Below, in pieces: positions 60,897-64,000 of a DNA stretch of 64,000 nt. Origin of the DNA: Thermodesulfobium acidiphilum (GTDB lineage Bacteria > Thermodesulfobiota > Thermodesulfobiia > Thermodesulfobiales > Thermodesulfobiaceae); contig NZ_CP020921.1 of NCBI RefSeq assembly GCF_003057965.1, forward strand, positions 608,916 through 672,915, given 5' to 3'. The notes beneath the pieces are model-generated. The model did not search any database. It was not told the DNA's origin and was given only the letters and a program-made list of their open reading frames with translations. The position numbers and the translations under genes are program-made. The stretch's first letter is position 1. Every line of letters begins with the position of its first letter.

Positions 60897-61568
60897 TTGA
60901 AAAAATTGTTTAAAACTTTAAAAGAAGACATAAATACAGTATTTGAGCGAGACCCTGCTGCCAAAAACATTTTTGAAGTGTTATTTTGTTATCCCGGTTT
61001 ACACGCTATATGGCTTCATAGGTTTTCACACTTCTTATGGGTTAAACGAATACCGTTTTTTCCACGTTTAATTTCTCAAATTTCGCGAGCACTTACTGGT
61101 ATTGAAATACACCCTGGTGCAATCATAGGAAAGAGATTTTTCATTGATCATGGTATGGGCGTTGTAATAGGTGAAACTACTGAAATAGGCGATGACGTAA
61201 CAATGTATCAATATGTAACTTTGGGTGGGACAGGTAAGGAGAAAGGAAAAAGACACCCTACCATAGGGAATAATGTAGTAATCGGAGCGGGGGCAATAGT
61301 TCTTGGACCCATTACAATTGGCGATAATGTAAGAATAGGTGCTGGAGCAGTGGTGATAAAAGCTGTTCCTGAAAATTCAACAGTAGTAGGGAATCCTGGA
61401 AGGGTAGTAGTAAGAAATGGAATAAAGGCAAAAATATCACAATTAGATCACAACATGTTACCAGATCCTTTAAAAGAATATCTAATTAAGCAGGATCAAA
61501 AGATAATGGAATTAGAAAATGAAATCATGAAACTTAAAAAAACTTTAGATTTGGAGGTAAAATCTTAA
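60897..61568 (+). CDS. cysE: Serine O-acetyltransferase
   Basis: [34 protein letters not shown]. Confidence 0.96.
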   Translation: MKKLFKTLKEDINTVFERDPAAKNIFEVLFCYPGLHAIWLHRFSHFLWVKRIPFFPRLISQISRALTGIEIHPGAIIGKRFFIDHGMGVVIGETTEIGDDVTMYQYVTLGGTGKEKGKRHPTIGNNVVIGAGAIVLGPITIGDNVRIGAGAVVIKAVPENSTVVGNPGRVVVRNGIKAKISQLDHNMLPDPLKEYLIKQDQKIMELENEIMKLKKTLDLEVKS

Positions 61569-61570
61569 CT

Positions 61571-63040
61571 TTGTTAAACAATCAAATATATCTCTATAAT
61601 ACATTAACAAAAAGAAAAGAAAAGTTTTTACCAATAGAGAATAGAAAGATTAGAATGTATGTTTGTGGTGTTACAGTCTATGATTATTGTCATCTAGGAC
61701 ATGGAAGATCTTATGTAGTCTGGGATGTCTGGAAAAGATTTTTTTTGAGCCAGGGATTTGATGTATTTCATATTCAAAATTTTACTGATATTGATGACAA
61801 AATAATAAAAAGATCGAAAGAGGAAAAAATTGATTGGAAAGAACTTACAAATAAATTTATAGATGCATATTTTGAAGATATGGATAAATTAAATGTTTTA
61901 AGAGCGACCCTTTATCCAAAAGCTACTGATTATATTGATGATATGATTAAAATAATTATTGGTTTAATAGAAAAGGGTTATGCCTATAAAGCTGGTGAAG
62001 ATATAGTCTTTTCTATAAAGAAATTCAAAGACTATGGAAAATTATCTGGAAAATCTATAGACGATTTAATTAAAAACTATAGAGTTGATTCATCATCTTA
62101 CAAAGAAAATCCTTTGGATTTTGTGTTATGGAAAGCATCAAAGCCAGGTGAGCCTTTTTGGGAAAGCCCATTTGGGCAAGGGAGGCCAGGATGGCACATA
62201 GAATGTTCTGCAATGTCTCTGAAACACTTCGGTTCTCCATTTGATATTCATGCTGGTGGGCAAGATTTAATTTTTCCTCATCACGAAAATGAAATTGCAC
62301 AATCAGAGGGTTTTACTGGGAAAAAATTTGTAAATTATTGGTTGCATAATGGCTTTGTTACTATATCTGGAGAAAAAATGTCAAAATCTCTTGGAAATTT
62401 TAAAACCTTAAGAGATATTTATCAGGAATATGATCCGATGGTTTTAAGGCTTTTTATACTGAGTAGCCATTATAGAAGCCCAGTTGTATTTAATTTAGAA
62501 AATTTAATGGCTGCGAAAGAGGCTTGGGATAAAATTAAAAATGCTGTTGACGTATGTTCTTCTCTCGGGCTTATAGGAGAGCTTAAAGTAGCTTTGCCAA
62601 ATAATTTTATTGCCGCTTTGTGTGACGATCTAAATACTCCGTTAGCTATTTCTTATATTTTTGAAAAAGTTAGACTTATTAATTCGCTTGTAGATAGTTA
62701 TTTGAAATCACAAGCAACGGATGTGAAAAGCACTGTTTCTTCTAATATAAGTGAGGTTTTGTCTATGATTGAAATATTGGGTCTAAAGTATAAGCCTGAT
62801 GTTTTATTTTATTCTAAAGAACAGTTGTCTAAAGAATTTGGCTCTTATAATTCTACTGAAGTAAATTTTGAATCATTTGATGAACTTACTACTGAAAACA
62901 TTTTTAAACTTCTGAGTTTTAGAGAGTTTTTAAAAAAGAGAGAATTATATGAAAGTGCTGATAAAATAAGGGACTTTTTAAATAAAAAAGGAATTGTAAT
63001 AGAAGATTTGCCAGGAGGCATAAGAGTAAAAAAAAGATGA
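61571..63040 (+). CDS. cysS: Cysteine--tRNA ligase
   Basis: YVCG.TVY, HLGH, GRPGWHIECS, FPHHENE, KMSKS. Confidence 0.97.
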   Translation: MLNNQIYLYNTLTKRKEKFLPIENRKIRMYVCGVTVYDYCHLGHGRSYVVWDVWKRFFLSQGFDVFHIQNFTDIDDKIIKRSKEEKIDWKELTNKFIDAYFEDMDKLNVLRATLYPKATDYIDDMIKIIIGLIEKGYAYKAGEDIVFSIKKFKDYGKLSGKSIDDLIKNYRVDSSSYKENPLDFVLWKASKPGEPFWESPFGQGRPGWHIECSAMSLKHFGSPFDIHAGGQDLIFPHHENEIAQSEGFTGKKFVNYWLHNGFVTISGEKMSKSLGNFKTLRDIYQEYDPMVLRLFILSSHYRSPVVFNLENLMAAKEAWDKIKNAVDVCSSLGLIGELKVALPNNFIAALCDDLNTPLAISYIFEKVRLINSLVDSYLKSQATDVKSTVSSNISEVLSMIEILGLKYKPDVLFYSKEQLSKEFGSYNSTEVNFESFDELTTENIFKLLSFREFLKKRELYESADKIRDFLNKKGIVIEDLPGGIRVKKR

Positions 63041-63771
63041 AAAGTGATCTTGTGATTGGTGTACATCCTGTTATTAACGCTATTAAAGAAGGAATAGAAT
63101 TTAGAGAATTGCTTATTGCTAGAAATAAGAGACTGCCATTTATAGAAGAGTTTTTAGAAAAAAATAAAGACAAAAGATCTCTTGTTATTTATAAGAATCT
63201 TTCAGAAATTGAAAGACTTTTCCCTAATTCCCAAGGAATAGTAATGTTTATAAAGAGATTTGAATATGCAGATGAGGAAGAAACTGTTCTTAATGCTATA
63301 AAGTCTAAAAAGGTTCTTTTAGCTTTTTCTGGTATTATGGACGTGCGTAATATTGGTGCTGTAGCTAGAACTGCTCAAGCATCTGGTCTGGTGGGAGGAA
63401 TAATTTTACCAAAACATAGATCGCTTGATATTACTCCTGCTGCTATCAAGGCATCTACGGGCTCACTCTTAAACATACCGGTAGTGCGACTCAGCAATTT
63501 AAGATACTTTGTAAAGGATCTAAAAAAAAGAGGCGTGAACGTTATTGGTGTGGAAAAGAAAGGATCAATTAGGTATGATATGTTGAAATACGATCTTCCT
63601 ATTTGTTGCGTTTTTGGTTCGGAATCTAAATCGCTTTCTGATGTTTTTCTACGAGATCTCGATCAGAGCGTATATATTCCTATGGCTAGTGATTTCAACT
63701 CTTTAAATTTATCTGTAGCCTCTAGTATTTTGTTATACGAAATATTTAGGCAAAAGAATTTTGAGTTATAA
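63037..63771 (+). CDS. rlmB: 23S rRNA Gm2251 methyltransferase (SpoU family)
   Basis: G.HPV, QG, D.RN.GA..RTA, KAS.G, GSE, IPM...SLN.SVA; follows cysS. Confidence 0.85.
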   Translation: MKSDLVIGVHPVINAIKEGIEFRELLIARNKRLPFIEEFLEKNKDKRSLVIYKNLSEIERLFPNSQGIVMFIKRFEYADEEETVLNAIKSKKVLLAFSGIMDVRNIGAVARTAQASGLVGGIILPKHRSLDITPAAIKASTGSLLNIPVVRLSNLRYFVKDLKKRGVNVIGVEKKGSIRYDMLKYDLPICCVFGSESKSLSDVFLRDLDQSVYIPMASDFNSLNLSVASSILLYEIFRQKNFEL

Positions 63772-63810
63772 TATTATCCTTGATAATTTATTTTAAGGAG
63801 GAATTTTTTA

Positions 63811-64000
63811 ATGCTACCAATACCAACAAAGTACTTTATCTCTTTTGGAAGTTGTAATGCTGATCACCCTCTTAACGCATTTGATGGCGCACTCCTTTCT
63901 GCTGGAGTAGGGAATACTAACCTTGTAAGAGTTAGTAGTATTTTGCCACCGTCTGCTGTGGAAGTAAAGAATTTAGCTTTACCTTATGGCGCGCTAGTTC
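63811..64000 (+). CDS. pdaD: Pyruvoyl-dependent arginine decarboxylase, 5' part
   Basis: SD AAGGAGG; MLPIPTKYF...LNAFDGALLSAGVGNTNLVRVSSILPP with the Ser-Ser self-cleavage site. Confidence 0.88.
   Translation, partial: MLPIPTKYFISFGSCNADHPLNAFDGALLSAGVGNTNLVRVSSILPPSAVEVKNLALPYGALV

Overview
Low-GC, gene-dense chromosomal core region of a bacterium with Firmicutes/Clostridia-like gene order. It resembles a Thermodesulfobium-like thermophilic anaerobe, but that is an unverified inference. Almost all genes are on the + strand in long, translationally coupled runs: DUF1292-mltG-SPOR-mreBCD-pbp2-minCDE-rodA-EamA-dinG-AMMECR1-NTF2-like-pheST-cvpA-polX-NTF2-like-dnaE; hisZGD-nudF-xerD; proline catabolism (P5C dehydrogenase, ProDH) plus a LivJ-type lipoprotein; tRNA-Gly/Arg, a frameshifted dienelactone hydrolase, chrA, tRNA-Glu/Val; rpoD-uppS-cdsA-dxr-rseP-ispG-proS-pbp1A; a minus-strand block argS-Zn-ribbon protein-M48 peptidase-hypA-hypB; pyrR-pyrB-pyrC-carA-carB; tRNA-Met-tilS-DUF554-hpt-ftsH-rlpA-cysE-cysS-rlmB. 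The 5' ends of prfA (left edge) and pdaD (right edge) are also present. I saw no CRISPR array, prophage, IS element or rRNA, and no clear self-contained novel system. The best leads are: a PolX with a dead polymerase site but intact PHP nuclease next to a DnaE with a complete PHP metal site; an 11-bp duplication that switches off a hydrolase; an unannotated hydrophobic mini-ORF with a GU-rich hairpin before a probably leaderless chrA; a PyrR lacking RNA-binding residues and any attenuator; a Tat-like motif on PBP2; tRNA-Met abutting tilS; a DinG-AMMECR1 pair; and frequent TTG/GTG starts.
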